Notes: a model not told the origin generated them from the sequence alone. Shown: positions 40,771 to 54,846, counted from the stretch's first letter. The stretch is DNA of 64,000 nt from an uncultured Planctomycetaceae bacterium (GCA_963785305.1 CAWAUV010000007.1:1856001-1920000), one strand, 5' to 3'. Made by a program: numbers and translations.

Positions 40771-41501
40771 GACGGGTATCTCCTCGGTGAGAAGGGGCCG
40801 AATCTGCCGGAAAAAGACCGTCGATCGGCTGGCCCAATCATGCTCCAAGTGTAGATGCCGTAAAGACTACAGTCAAGCTCAAAGGGGTTTGTCGCCCCTC
40901 GCCCCTGGCCGGTCCAAAAACGAACTGCTCGCGGCCCTTCCCGGGGCCGAGGGCTGCAAAGCCTTGCTCGGCATGGTGTTGCGGCGAGAGTCCTGTTTTT
41001 TTAGCGGCCATGTCTCTAAAAACCATTCCGTGCCAAGGAGTTGCGCCCTGGCTTTCGCATTCGACGCGTCGACTGGGGCCGCCTTTTTGTCAAAGCCGAC
41101 CACTTCGCGCGGAAATCGAATGCCAGAGTTATCGTCGCCCCAGCCAGTAAACTTTAGCTCCTTGGAATAATCGGCAAGAAGATTCCCAACTCCCCAGTCG
41201 GAATTTTACAATCCGCCGCTTTTCCGGCCATTCGCTGGCGCCGCCACCTGGCGCCAAGCAAGCGTCGCGCGCACGCCCCACACAAGCCGTCAAGCGCCGG
41301 CGAGGCTGGCTTGGGCTTGTTGGGGGCCAATGAAACCGGCATCCCGGTCCGTCCCCTGGCGCTTCTCGCGAGGGCGTCATTCGCTGGCGCTGGGCGCGCG
41401 GTTTGCCTTCGCTGGCGCCAGGCTCGACTCGGGGAGCGACCGCGGCCCGCGAGAGCAAATTCAGCTCAACCGGCGCGCGATCGCTTCATCGCCGCGATCG
41501 C

Positions 41502-41921
41502 TCACAGCTTGACGATCGAGAGTTGATGCTGAATCTGGTCGAGCGAATAGAGCTTGCCCTTGCCGCTGCCGGGACATGCTTCGCAGGTGTCGGCCCAGGC
41601 TTCGGGCGTGCGCACGTTCGAGTTCCAGAAAGGCCACGTGCGGCATTGGCGGGGACGCGCGTCGTAGACCGTGCAACGGCGGGTCTTGCCGTCGAAGAAC
41701 ACACAGTCGCCATTGGAATATTCGATCAGACTGCGGCGCACGCCCACGCGGCGCACGAACTCGGCTTCAAATGCCGCGACATCCATCTGCTTGAGCGCCG
41801 CCAACTCGGCGATCTCGGCCGCATTGACCCACACAAAGCCGGGCGCACCGGTGCAACAGTCGCCACAGCCGGTGCAGCGAAAGCGGAGTCCGTCTTGATA
41901 CCAGGGCTGGTCGTCGGCCAT
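41502..41921 (-). CDS. YkgJ family cysteine-cluster protein
   Basis: FRCTGCGDCC, CVF, C.VY.ARPRQCRTWPFW, CPG. Confidence 0.88.
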   Translation of the reverse strand: MADDQPWYQDGLRFRCTGCGDCCTGAPGFVWVNAAEIAELAALKQMDVAAFEAEFVRRVGVRRSLIEYSNGDCVFFDGKTRRCTVYDARPRQCRTWPFWNSNVRTPEAWADTCEACPGSGKGKLYSLDQIQHQLSIVKL

Positions 41922-42015
41922 TGCGCGTTCGATTTGGTATTTCGGGAAGGAATCACCTCGCTCAGGGAGCGATCGGCCGCCGACGCCGGAAAAGACAGCG
42001 CATGCGGCCCGCATT

Positions 42016-42975
42016 CTAGCGACTTCCGACCGCGCGACAAGCAGGCCGCCCTCGCGGAGGATTCGTTGCGGTTACGGGCGGCGCTGCCGGGGCTTGCTCC
42101 GCGCCAGCGCTCTTGCCGGTGCTCTTTGTGGCGGCGGCGCTCGCGGCCGCGCCCGAGGCCGGCTCGGCGCTCTTGGCCCGCGCGACGGGCGATTCGGCGG
42201 CCATGGCTTCGGCGGCGTTCGATACGGCCAAACCCTGCTGCATTTGTTCGGCCGAGAAATAGGGCTCGCTTTCGCCGCTCAAATGCTCAACTCGCTTGGC
42301 GGAGAGATCATCCCAGCTCATGCCGCTGTTCAAGTGCCAAGCGGCGATTTGGGCGGCCCGTTGGTCGATCTTGCCGCGGCCGAGCATCGCACACAGTTCA
42401 GCCACGCCGGTCTTGGTGGTGTAGCTTTCGATCGGATGGATCTCGTAGGGGATCGCCGGCCGGGGGTCTTTCTTGCCGTGGTCGAGGCACACGGTGTCGA
42501 CCTTGAACTGCCGGACCTGTTCGGGCGGGATGTTGAACATGCCGCCGCCACCCATGCCGCCCATGCCGCCGCCGCCCATTCCTCCCATGCCTCCCATTCC
42601 CATGCCGCCCATGCCGCCGCCCATGCCCTGGTTCATCATGTTATTTCCACCGGCCCCGCCGCCGCCGCGGCGTCCACCTGGAGCTTGCGCCAGCACCGGC
42701 ACTCCGGCAAAGGCCTCCGGCAACTTGACGCTGAGCGGCTTCTTGGTGTTGTTCTTGAGAATCACGCGGGCTTCGCGGTCGTTCTTGGGAATGAACTTCA
42801 CATCCAGATCGCCGCTTTGCATCGCGGCGAACATATCGACTCCACCGCCCACCGCGGGAACACTCGCCGGCGCCCCGGACGCGGGATCGACTATCGCTTC
42901 CGCGGCGAGCGAGAGCGAAATCTCGCAGAAGAGGGCCAACGACATGGCGATCATGAACCTGCGAAGCGAAGTCAT
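42016..42975 (-). CDS. Secreted hypothetical protein with Gly/Met-rich linker
   Basis: Signal peptide, GGGMGGMGMGG tract, VCLDHGK.DP conserved-looking domain. Confidence 0.6.
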   Translation of the reverse strand: MTSLRRFMIAMSLALFCEISLSLAAEAIVDPASGAPASVPAVGGGVDMFAAMQSGDLDVKFIPKNDREARVILKNNTKKPLSVKLPEAFAGVPVLAQAPGGRRGGGGAGGNNMMNQGMGGGMGGMGMGGMGGMGGGGMGGMGGGGMFNIPPEQVRQFKVDTVCLDHGKKDPRPAIPYEIHPIESYTTKTGVAELCAMLGRGKIDQRAAQIAAWHLNSGMSWDDLSAKRVEHLSGESEPYFSAEQMQQGLAVSNAAEAMAAESPVARAKSAEPASGAAASAAATKSTGKSAGAEQAPAAPPVTATNPPRGRPACRAVGSR

Positions 42976-43428
42976 GGCTTGAACCCCTGGAGCTCGGCGT
43001 GGAGGATTGAACAATGCGTGCAAAATAGTCGCTTGCTGAATTATCAATTGCTCAAGAGAACTCGCGATTCGCCGAGCGAGACAAGCGTGGGGGACAATGG
43101 CGAACCGCAACCTTCTAGGGTACTCCCTCGACCGGAAAAAACAAGCAATTTCGCGGGCTCTCGGCGGCAAATAGGGCGAAATGTCGGCTCGCGCCAGTGT
43201 CGTTCGCGACCGGCGGAAACCATGCCGCCAGCGGCCAGGCCGCGCTCGGCCCCGTTTTGCGCCAATTTGCGGCTCTTTTGCCCCAGACGAATGCTACTAA
43301 GGCACAAAATCGGCCTAGCGACGGAACATTGGGCTCGGGTAAGGTGGCCACCCGATAAATTCGATCGCCGGCCGCGGACCGCCCCCCGAGCGCCGCCGGC
43401 GCCGGCGATGACCCGTAGGGCGCCAACC

Positions 43429-43893
43429 ATGTATCTGGACGAACCGCGCAGCTTCGATCAGGTGGAGACCGGCGACGCCTGGAAGAGCCCCTCGCGCACG
43501 ATCACCGAAACCGATATCGTGAACTTCGCGGGCCTCACCGGCGACTACAACGCGCTGCATGTCGATCATAAGTTCGCCCGCAGCACTCCCTTTGGCCGGC
43601 CGATCGCCCATGGGCTCTTGGGCCTTTCGCTGGTGGCGGGGCTCGGGAGCCACAGCCCGGCAATGCAAACCGCCGCGTTCATGCGGCTCGTGGAATGGAA
43701 GTTCCTGCACCCGATCTATATCGGCGACACCGTGCATGTGGTGACCGAGGTCGTGGATAAGCAGCCTGGCGGGCGCAAGCACGGGCTGATCGTCTGGCGG
43801 CGGCAACTCGTCAACGAAGAAAACAATATCGTGGTGCAGCAAGGATTGTTCGAAACCCTGGTCCGCCGTTCGCAGCTCAAAGCCGCGGCGTGA
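43429..43893 (+). CDS. MaoC family dehydratase
   Basis: RTITETDIVNFAGLTGDYNALHVD, FGRPIAHG, P.YIGDT. Confidence 0.9.
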   Translation: MYLDEPRSFDQVETGDAWKSPSRTITETDIVNFAGLTGDYNALHVDHKFARSTPFGRPIAHGLLGLSLVAGLGSHSPAMQTAAFMRLVEWKFLHPIYIGDTVHVVTEVVDKQPGGRKHGLIVWRRQLVNEENNIVVQQGLFETLVRRSQLKAAA

Positions 43894-43903
43894 AGCACAC
43901 AGC

Positions 43904-44331
43904 ATGGAAATTCTGATCCGCGATCTCGTGGTCGACGATCTGGCGAACGGCTTCTTGGAAACGCTCGCCGAACTTGCGCCACGGGGCTCGACCCCGCCGC
44001 GGCTCGCGCCGTGTTCGAGGCGCGGCAAGCGGCCGGAGTGCGCACCTTCGTGGCGGTCGATGGCCCACGCGTGATCGGCACGACTTCGCTGGTCGTGGAG
44101 CTGAAGTTCATTCATGCCGGCGCTCGTTGCGGGCATATCGAAGACGTGGCCGTGCATGGCGAATACAAGAAGCTCGGCATCGGCGCCCGGCTGGTGCGCC
44201 ATGCGACCCGGGCGGCGGCCGAAGCAGGCTGCTACAAAGTGATTCTGTCGTGCTTCGAGCGGCTCGTTCCCTTCTACGAGGGCTGCGACTACCGCAAGCA
44301 CGATGTCGGCATGCGGCACGATATCGCGTGA
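43904..44331 (+). CDS. GNAT acetyltransferase (glucosamine-6-phosphate N-acetyltransferase-like), frameshift near 43990
   Basis: E.KFIH...GHIEDVAV...GIG..L....GCYKVILSC...FYE. Confidence 0.8.
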
Positions 44332-44384
44332 ATATCGTCTGAACCCGTGCGAGGAATTCCACGAAGCTCGCCACGCATTGCTCG

Positions 44385-47300
44385 CTAATCCCCGAGCAGT
44401 TCGAGCACTCCCTCGAGTGGAACCGACACGACATCGGGTCTGTGGTCGAGATCATGCACCAGTTCTTGCAATGCGCGCTGCAAAAGATGGAATTGCAAGA
44501 GCGCCGTGCGCTGGGTCAGCGACTCGGGCAAAAGATCGGACTTTTCCACGGCCGACGCATAGGCCTTGAGAAACGCCGAGCTGCTCCACAATCGCCAAAA
44601 ATTCAGTGGCCCGCGCAACTCCTCGGAGGCTCCGAATCCGGTTTGCACGAGCCGCAACATCACGTGCGCGGCCACATAGTCAAACGAGCGGAGCATCGTG
44701 GCCACGTCTTCCACGGCCGATCGCTTGATCCTTCGCGCCACCAGATCGCGCTGGGTTTGGCCCTCGAAATCGGCGATCAGAAATTCATTGCCCACCGAGA
44801 GCAGTTGCCCCAGGTGATAGTCGCCGTGGCAGCGAATGCGCCGGGTGACGATCCGCTCGCGAGTCGTGGAGCGAAAGAGCGCAGTGGGCTCGGGGTTCGC
44901 GTTCGAGCGCTAGCCGGCGCGCTCGGCGGTGGCCGGCGCGAGGGTGTCGAGCCGGCGCCGCAGCAGCGCGAAGGCTTGCGATGTGAGCTTGCGCGTCGAT
45001 TGTTCGAGCGAACGCTGATAGAGCTGCGTGAACGGCTCGGGAACGAAATTTCTCGAAGCGCCGCGGGCCGAGGCCGAATGGAATTCGGCCGTCAACTTGC
45101 CGATCGCCGTGGCGGCGTCGAGGTAGCGACTCAGGTGTTCGCGCGCTTCGGGCGGCGCGTCGCCGGCGGCCATCTCCCACGCCGATCGGGCCAGTAACCC
45201 GCCACTCGTGGGCCGCTGCTCGACGGTGAGCGTGACGATGTGCTCCAAAAACCGATCCAGCCAGTCGGCGGTGAACTGATAGGCGGTCGTGGCGTTGGGC
45301 ACATAGGCTTGGAGCACGCCGACCGTGACGAGCTCGTCGTCGCCGCCGCCGCGGTATTCGAGCCGGCCCACGACCGGCGGCGTGCCCGGAAAGCCGAGCT
45401 CGTCGCTGAGCACGCGTCCCATTTCCGAGTCGGGATTTTCACCCCATTCCAGTCGGCGAAACATCTTGAGGATCAGCTTGTCGCCAAACACCACATCGCT
45501 CGTGGTTTCCGAGCCGGGGGCGGCCGAAGGTTTGAGCGACTCGGGTTCGGCCGAGATTTCGCGGAGCTTGGGCGTCGTCGAACCGAAGATCTCGCCCTCG
45601 GGGCTTTGCACCCGGCGGCGGCCGACGATCGCGTCGAGCAGCGGGGCAATGCGGCTCGGCTCGATCAGCGCGTCGTAAAGCACTCCGGGCTCATCCCGCA
45701 CATGTTCATGCACTTTGACGATCACGGCTTCGGGATGCACCTCGAGCAGCCGCCGCGCCTCCTCGCCCCCGGCGTGTTCGAGCGGCAACGAATAGACCTC
45801 GGGGTCGCCATCGCCGTACTCGACCCGGGCGAAGAGCAGCCAAAATTCACCGCGCCGCTCGCCGCGCCCGAACGAAGCGCTTCCTAGAATCGACACGCGC
45901 TGGATCGAGCGCCCGCGACCGGTGAACCAGCGGCGCCGCGGCAGATCGTCGGCCAGCACCGCTTCGAACTTCGATTTGGCGCGACCGCGCAGTAGCTCCG
46001 TCCAGTCGCGATGCGCCTCGGATTGTGCGCGGTTGCGTCGCGGCGAGCGCGTCTCCGTCGGTCTCCTTGGTGAGATTGAACCAATAATAACCATGGGGCG
46101 AAAGCGAGAGGACATAGGGGCCGGCGCCGATCGACGGAAACGGCGTTTGACCCAAGATCTCGATCGGTCGGCGGCCGGCGAACTCCGAGAGATCGAGCTC
46201 CACATACTGCGCTACCCGGGCCAAATTGGCCACCACGAGAATACATTCCTCATCGATCCGGCGCACGAAGGCAAGCACCTTGCCATTGGTCGGAGTGAGC
46301 GGCTCGAACGATCCGCGGCTGAAGGCCCGATGCCGCTGCCGCAGAGCCACGAGCCGCTTGGTCCACCAAAGCAGCGAGTAAGGGTTCTTCTGTTGAATCT
46401 CGACATTGACGGCGTCGAACACATATTCGGCGTCGAGAATCACCGGCGAATAGAGCCGCTGCGGATTGGCCCGGGAGAAGCCGGCATTGCGATCGGGGCT
46501 CCATTGCATGGGAGTGCGCACGCCGTGGCGGTCGCCCAGATAGATATTGTCGCCCATGCCGATCTCGTCGCCATAGTACACGACCGGCGTGCCCGGCAGC
46601 GAAAACAAGAGCACATTGAGGAGCTCGATCTGGCGGCGATTGTTGCTCAAGAGCGGAGCGAGCCGACGGCGAATGCCGAGGTTGATGCGCGCCTGGCGAT
46701 CGCGCGCGTACACGCGCCACATATAGTCGCGTTCTTCATCGGTAACCATTTCGAGCGTGAGCTCGTCGTGGTTCCGTAGAAACATCACCCATTGGCAGTT
46801 GTCGGGAATCGGCGGCGTTTGGGCGAGAATATCGACGATCGGGAAGCGATCTTCCATGTGCATCGCCATGAACAGCCGCGGCATCACCGGAAAATGAAAC
46901 GCCGCCTGGCATTCATCGCCATCGCCGAAATACGCGATCGCGTCTTCCGGCCATTGATTCGCCTCGGCCAGCAGCATGCGGCCGGGAAAGTGCTTGTCGA
47001 CATGGGCCCGAAGTTTCTTGAGAAAGACATGTGTTTCAGGAAGATTTTCACAGTTCGTGCCCTCGCGCTCGAAGAGATACGGCACCGCGTCGAGCCGGAG
47101 GCCATCGACACCCATCCGCAGCCAGTAGTCGAGCACCTCGAACACCGCCTTGCCCACCAGCGGATTGTCGAAATTCAAATCCGGCTGATGCGAATAAAAG
47201 CGATGCCAGTAATAGGCCTTGGCGACCGGGTCCCAACTCCAATTCGAGGGCTCGAAGTCCTTGAAAATGATTCGGGCCTCTTTGTAGAGCTCCGGCGTGT

Positions 47301-47802
47301 CGCTCCAGACATAAAAGTCGCGCCAGTCGCCGCCGGGCGGCGAATTGCGGGCCCTTTGAAACCAGGGATGCTGGTCCGAAGTGTGGTTGATCACCAGCTC
47401 GGTGATGATCCGCAAGCCGCGGGCATGCGCCTCGCGCACGAAATGCTTGAAGTCACGGAGCGTGCCGTACACCGGATTCACATCCATGTAGTCGGCGATA
47501 TCGTAGCCATCGTCGCGAAGCGGAGAAGGATAGAACGGTAGGAGCCAGATGGTGGTCACGCCCAGGTCTTGCAGATAATCGAGCTTGGCGGTAAGGCCGG
47601 GAAAATCGCCGACACCATCGTCGTTGCTGTCGAAAAACGAGCGCACATGCAACTGATAGATCACCGCGTCTTTGTACCACAGGTCGGTGGCGGCCATCGC
47701 TTCGTCCGCGGCCGGCGCGGTTCGCGGTTTCTCCCGACCGGCGGCGGTTCCGCTCGCCCTCGCGTCTTCGCTCTCGACACTCTCCGCGGCGTGTTCGTGC
47801 AT
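44385..47802 (-). CDS. treS: Trehalose synthase / maltokinase fusion, two frameshifts
   Basis: WYKDAVIYQ, SPLRDDGYD, LDAVPYL, AEANQWP, RNHDELTLE; maltokinase part (ILKMFRR, DVATMLRSFDY) in ORFs 44910..46205 and 44385..44795. Confidence 0.92.
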
Positions 47803-47897
47803 GAACGGTTCCAGCTTTCCTGCTTCTCGGGGAGAAAAACGTCGGGGCGGGGCGCGGTCTCCGCCTTCTCAATGCACACGGGTGAACCGCGCGAGTT

Positions 47898-49900
47898 TTA
47901 TGTCGACCGCGGCCAGAGCACGATCGTGGTATGGCCTGGAAAATACCAATGGCGGGTGTCGATCGGGCCGGTGCCCGAGCCGCCATAGCGCGGGTCTTCG
48001 CTCGACCACATGAGCTGCCAGTCGGTTCCGTCGGGCGGAGCGAGCAGCGGCTCGGCCGAGGGATTCCATTCGAGATCGTGGCCTAGATTGACGAGCAACA
48101 GTCGATCTTCGCCCGCTTCGCCGATGAACCGCAGGGCAAACGCCTCGCCCGAGAGCACGGCGCCCGCGACGCGATCGGATCGCTGGGCGGAGAACATGGG
48201 GTCATCGCGACGCAATCGCAAGAGATCGCGGTGCAAGGCGAGCGCTTCGTCATGTCGGTCCCGCTCGGAGAGGTCGAGCTTCGAGCGGACAAACGCCTCG
48301 CGGTCGCAGGGGTCGGAAAAACAGGCCCCGGCGTCGGCGCCGGCCATGCTCCGAAAGTTTTTCATGAACTCCATGCGCCCCAGACGCACTTGCTTGCCGA
48401 GCTTGGCGTCGGCATGGTCGGCGAAATATAAGAACGCGCTCGAGGCCGCGAACTCCTGGCCTTGAAACAGGAGCGGAGTGCCGGGGGCGAGCAGGAGAAG
48501 CGCGGTCATTGCGCGCATCCGCCCGGGAGAGACCTGTTCATGAAGCCGGCGTCCGTGGGGCGAGTTGCCCACCTGGTCATGGTTTTGCAAAAAGGTGATG
48601 AACTGGCGCCCGCCCACGTCGAGCGAAGGCGTGCCGCGGGGCTTGCCCTGGCGATCGTTCCACTGGCCCTGATACAAATAGCCCCACTGGATCGCCGACA
48701 GGATTTCTTGCGGCGTGCCGCGGTAATCGGAATAGTAAAATTCGGCGCGACCGGTCATCGCCACGCGGGCCGCATGATGAAAATCATCGTTCCAGGCGGC
48801 GTCGATTCCGTAGCCGCCCCGATTTTCGGGCCGCAAGAACCGGGCTTGCTGCAGTTCATTTTCGATCGTCATGAGCGTGCCGCGTCCCTGGGCGGCCTCG
48901 CGCACGCGACGCGCGATCTCACTCACGACATGCACGGGCGAATCGTCCATGATCACCTGCACGGCGTCCATGCGGAGACCGTCGAAGTGATATTCATCGA
49001 TCCAATAACCGGCGTTGGCGATAAAGAACTCGCGCACCGGTTGGCAATTGTCGCCGTCGAAATTAATCGCCTCGCCCCATTCGGTCGCATGGCGCGTCGA
49101 GAAAAAATCGTCGCTGAACTGGCGGATGTAATTTCCTTGCGGGCCGAAATGGTTGTAGACCACATCGTGAATCACGCCCAGTCCGAGCCGATGGGCTTCG
49201 TCGATAAAGCGGCGGAGATCGTCGGGCGAGCCGTAGTTGCGCGTGGGGGCAAAGAGATTCACGCCGTCGTATCCCCAGCCGAAATGGCCGTCGAACTCGG
49301 CGAGCGGCATGAGCTCGACGACCGTGATACCCAGTTCGCTTAGGTACTGCAGCTCCTTGGTCGCCGCGGCCAATGTGCCGGCATCGGTGAATGTGCCGAC
49401 ATGCAATTCATAAATCACTTGCCGCGCGGGCGAGATGCCTTTCCACTGGCCATCGGTCCAATCGAAGGTCGAGGGATCGACGATCTCGGAAAGCTCGTGG
49501 GGTCCCGCGGGCTGTAAGCGAGAGGCGGGATCGGGATAGAGCTTTTCCTCGCCATCGAGCCGAAAGCCGTAGAGCATGCCGGCGGTGGCGGCGGGCGAGT
49601 AGCCGGAAAAATATCCGCCGTCCTCGCGATCGAGCACGATGTTTTTCGGCGCGGCCGCGCGCTTCGAATCCGCCTCGCTCCGCGCGCGCCCGCGCTCTTC
49701 GGCCGCGGCTCGGGTAAGCGAAACACGACTTCAGCATTCTTTCGCTTGGGCGCCCAGACCCGAAAATGCACTCCGTCGCTTTTCGATTCGGAATTCGTCT
49801 TCGAGCGTTGTTCGCTCGCTCGTTGCACCTCCGCCCCGACCGGCAAGCGGCGTTGGTAACTGGCGCGGGTCCGAGTCGCTTGATCGACCGGAGTCATCAT
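47898..49900 (-). CDS. treZ: Malto-oligosyltrehalose trehalohydrolase, frameshift near 49700
   Basis: FRVWAP, PDPASR, IYELHVGTF, WGYDGV, DVVYNH, LRMDAV, QNHDQVGN. Confidence 0.9.
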
Positions 49901-49960
49901 GTTCCCTGTCTTTCGGCAAAATTAGCGTGATGTATCGTGGGGCCAATCGAGGTCGGCTGA

Positions 49961-50353
49961 TCACGGCGCGGCGTTGCTCGGGTTCACGGTGACGCCCTGT
50001 CCGCCACCGATGTCGACATGCGTGCCCGATCCGCCCGGTCCCGGTGGCACGTCGACATGAATGCCGCCGCCCGGCGGGCTCACATCCACATGAGTGCCGC
50101 CTGCCGTGTTAATACGCTCGCCTGGAGACGTCGACGACGCCGGCCGCGCGACGGTCCGGGAAGGAGTCGGCGAGACCGGCATCTCCCGGTTACTCGCATG
50201 AGGCGGGGCTGGGTTCGAGGGGCTCTCATGCAGCGCCTCGTGACCGCAACCGCCGAGCGCTCCGAGCACGAGCGCCAAGCCGCACAGTTCCACGGCGCCC
50301 AACGAGTGGTTGAGTCGAGACCAACTATAAGCGATCCATTGTCGCGTTTGCAT
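49961..50353 (-). CDS. Putative small lipoprotein
   Basis: LGALGGC lipobox-like, HVDV repeats. Confidence 0.45.
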   Translation of the reverse strand: MQTRQWIAYSWSRLNHSLGAVELCGLALVLGALGGCGHEALHESPSNPAPPHASNREMPVSPTPSRTVARPASSTSPGERINTAGGTHVDVSPPGGGIHVDVPPGPGGSGTHVDIGGGQGVTVNPSNAAP

Positions 50354-50814
50354 GGCACATCCCTCCGCGGAGAATCCTGAAGCTAGCTGATTCGTTGGAA
50401 AAGGTCGGCGCGAGCCGATCACGCTAAAAATTCGAGGCACATGGCTTCGCCGGCCAGTGTTTCGTCTATCGAAAGCAGTTGAGGGGCAACGAATGTGCCA
50501 AACGCTCGCCAAAAACGCGGTGAACGATGCTCTGAACTTGCTGAGTCGACGGGCGACCGTTTAAAAATGGTCGCCCAGTGCTCCGTCAAATCGCCGAAAC
50601 TGGTTGCTCGGGAACCAGACTGACCGCCGCGCGGGCAAAGCGCCGGGTGAGGAGGCTGATGTTGGACCCCCGCCGAATATACCGCCGGAATCAAGAAATA
50701 TTTCCTGCCCTCCCTTGCGTTTCGGGTCGGGATGGGAACTTTCGTCTGTCCGCCCCACTTCACCGCCCGAAACGGTAGCGTGGGCCTCGGGGCCTTTCCC
50801 CCAAAAACGCCGAA

Positions 50815-50845
50815 GGCAAGCCTGAACATTGCTTTCAGGCTTGCC
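50815..50845 (-). terminator. Hairpin downstream of ilvC
   Basis: ggcaagcctgaa-cattgct-ttcaggcttgcc inverted repeat; resembles the ACAAGCCTGAA repeat family. Confidence 0.45.
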
Positions 50846-50880
50846 CACGTGTTTTTCTCGTAACTCATGGCGTTCTTCGG

Positions 50881-51882
<1,002 letters not shown>

Positions 51883-51967
51883 GGCGGCTGGAAGTTCCTG
51901 GAAGCGATAAAAAGGCGATTTAGGAGGGACAGCGCTGCCTCGGGGGTTAGGCGAGCGGCGCGGCGCG

Positions 51968-52474
51968 TTATTTCGATTCTTTGACGGCCGAGGCCTTGGA
52001 GCCGCGGACCATGGCGATCCGTCCGGTGCGCACCAGTTCGATAATGCCAAATTCGCGCATCAGGTCGATAAAGGCCTCGATCTTGCGCTCCTGGCCCGAG
52101 ATTTCGATCATCACTTCGTCCGGGGCGACATCGACGATGCGTCCGCGGAAGATGGTGGTGAGCTCGCGAATTTCGGCGCGTTTGCCACCCGGCGGCGCGG
52201 CGACTTTCATGAGCATCAGATCGCGTTCGACATAGTCTTGCGAGCTGACATCGAAGACGTTGACGACCGTGACGACTTTTTCGAGTTGCTTGCGAACTTG
52301 TTCGAACACGGCCGCGTCGCCCATGACGACGAATGTCATGCGCGAGAGGCCGGGGTTCTCGGTTTCGCCCACGGCGAGGCTGTCGATATTGTATCCGCGC
52401 GAGGCGAGCATTCCCGAGATATGCGCGAGCACGCCCGGCACATTTTGCACGACAGCCGACAACACATGACGCAT
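51968..52474 (-). CDS. ilvN: Acetolactate synthase small subunit
   Basis: [34 protein letters not shown]. Confidence 0.95.
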   Translation of the reverse strand: MRHVLSAVVQNVPGVLAHISGMLASRGYNIDSLAVGETENPGLSRMTFVVMGDAAVFEQVRKQLEKVVTVVNVFDVSSQDYVERDLMLMKVAAPPGGKRAEIRELTTIFRGRIVDVAPDEVMIEISGQERKIEAFIDLMREFGIIELVRTGRIAMVRGSKASAVKESK

Positions 52475-52886
52475 TCTAGCGATTTCCTTCCCACCGACAC
52501 TCGCGGATACTGCCATTCACGGACAGCGCCATTCACGGACACTGCGGCCCGACGACGGCGCCGGGCAAAAAATCAAGCCTTTGATGATAGCCAGCCGCCC
52601 AGCGGGGAACAAGGGACCGGCCGCGAAAGCTGGAATCGCGGAATCGCCTCGCGGATTCATAGGTCGATCAAAACGGCCCCGAACGCTTGCTCGTCCCCGA
52701 CGAGGCATCGCAATCGCATGGGTTTCGCGCGATATACTTGCATCGGGCTTACGATGCTATACTCGGGGCCCTCGCTTCGGTACGTCACGGCTCACTCGTT
52801 CTTTCGAGTTTCGGCCGTTTTTCGGCGACTTTTTGGACTTCGACGCCTCCCTATTTGGTCCCCGCACAGTCCACGGAAATTGACCC

Positions 52887-54591
52887 ATGCAGTTCCCGGA
52901 TACCCCGCGGATCCTCGGCGAAGCTTTGCCGCACGGAACACAAGCGGTGTCGGGCGGCGGCGGCGCTTCGGCCGAACGTCGCCAAATGGTTTGGCCGCGC
53001 ATGTCGGCGCTGTTCGCATTTCTGGCGTTTGCGTTCCTGTCGTGGTTTTTGTTCACGGTCAATTATATCGCCGACGATTGCTATTTTTATTTGGTCATCG
53101 CGAGAAATCTGGCGACGACGGGCCAGCAGACTTTCTCTCGCGTGTTTCCCACGAATGGCTTTCATCCGCTCTGGGAGTATCTGTTAGCCGCCTACACATG
53201 GATCGTATATCGACTTCGGCCCGAATGGATCAATGATGTGCGTTATGCCGTGCCGCTATCGGCCGGCTGCGTGATGTTGGGCGCTTGGCAGCTATCCGTG
53301 GTGTGTCGGCAGTCGCGATTGAGCATGGTGGGATTGGTCTATGTTCCCACGTGCTTCGTGACGATGTTTGGGATGCTTTATTCCGAGGCCGGCGCAGTTC
53401 GCGGCGGTCGCGGTGCTTATGCGAATTTCGCTGGCGGGACCGATCAATCGCCCGCTGGGCCCGCTGTGGTGTGGGCTCGCCGCGGGGGCGGTGTTCTTGT
53501 CGCGGCTCGATACGATCATGTTCGTGGGCCTGTATTCCTTGTGGTTCTTGTTCGTGAAGCGATGCGCGAGGGATGCGCTGATTTTCGCGGCCGCCTTGCT
53601 GGCGTTCGTGGCGCCTTATCTTGTCAGTAACATGGTTTGGTTTGGCGGTCTCATGCCCGTGAGCGGCTGGATGAAGTCGAGCTTTCCGCACATTGTCGCC
53701 AAGGGATTCGGCAACGCCGGCCTGGCAAAATCCCTATGGGGCTGCAACATCGCATTCAGCCTCATGCCGACGGCTCTCGCGGCGCCCGCATTGGTCTGGG
53801 CTCGCCGCACGAGCGCCGAAAGCCGACATTTCGCGGTAGCGCTCTGGGGCGGTTGCGCGTTGCAGCTTGGCTATTTGGCCCTGTTCACCCGTTCGCACAC
53901 CGAGTGGTATTGGTACAGCGTGCTGCCCATGATGCTGGGTGGCCTGACGACGTCGATCGTGTTGCGGGAGATTTCGGAACGCTGGCTGCTCGGACGTCCG
54001 TCGGCCCCAATGCTGGCGGTGGCGTCGCGAGTCGGGCTCGCGCTGCTGGCGGTCGCTTGGATCGCGACCACGGTTCGCATGCGATGGCATCACGAGCCGT
54101 TGCCACTCAAGTTTCGCGCGGAACTCGACTACATGGCGGAGCATCGGGTCGAAGGAGCATCGGTGCTCGTGGGAGATTTTCCTGGATATTTGGCGTTCTT
54201 GTCGACCAACAACTGCATCGTGGCCGCCGATCTATTGACCGGTAGCCGTCCCTTCTACGAAGCCATGCGCGGTCATTCCAACGCGCTCGAATTCATGCGA
54301 GACTATTGTCGGCAGCAGGGGCTACCCTTGCGAATGATTGTCTTTTTGCGGGCCGATCGATGGCTCGTGCCCGACGAAGACCTGCGCGCGGTGACCTACA
54401 ACGACCCTCGAACCTATCCACGGCTCACGCCAATCGGCCGGCTGAGCTTTCCGAACGGGCCAGCCAAAACACTCTGGGTTGATGGCGAGTTGATGCTCGC
54501 GATCTGGGACTTGCAAGATCAGCCCTCGGCGGACGACACGACCGAACGTCGAGGTGAGGAGCCGAAGCATTCGGCGCGAGCCGGGCCATGA
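52887..54591 (+). CDS. Polytopic membrane protein, GT-C glycosyltransferase-like, frameshift near 53390
   Basis: DDCYFY..IARN, TNGFHPLW, LSRLD, many TM segments. Confidence 0.6.
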
Positions 54592-54846
54592 GATCGGCGG
54601 GCTCGCCCGGCTCGTGATGCCTGGGGTGGGCGGCGACGGCGCTCTCAATCCACCGCGCTCTCTCGCGAGCTCGAGCAATCCGACGCCCGCCGCGAGCGCA
54701 TCGTCGCATCGTTCGACGAAATCGCGAGCGGCTTTGCCGGCGCAAAAAGCGGAGGGCAAGCACATCGCTTGCCCTCCGCAGTGGTCATTCAGGGAACTTC
54801 AACCCTTGGCGTCGACGATCTCCGCCGCCGACTCGTTTTGCAAGCA

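Noticed and set aside
42537..42625. GCCCAT-rich tandem repeat
   Set aside because: Simply encodes a Gly/Met low-complexity linker.
50420..50810. Long intergenic region as a riboswitch or ncRNA
   Set aside because: No recognisable conserved motif; an Rfam search would be needed.
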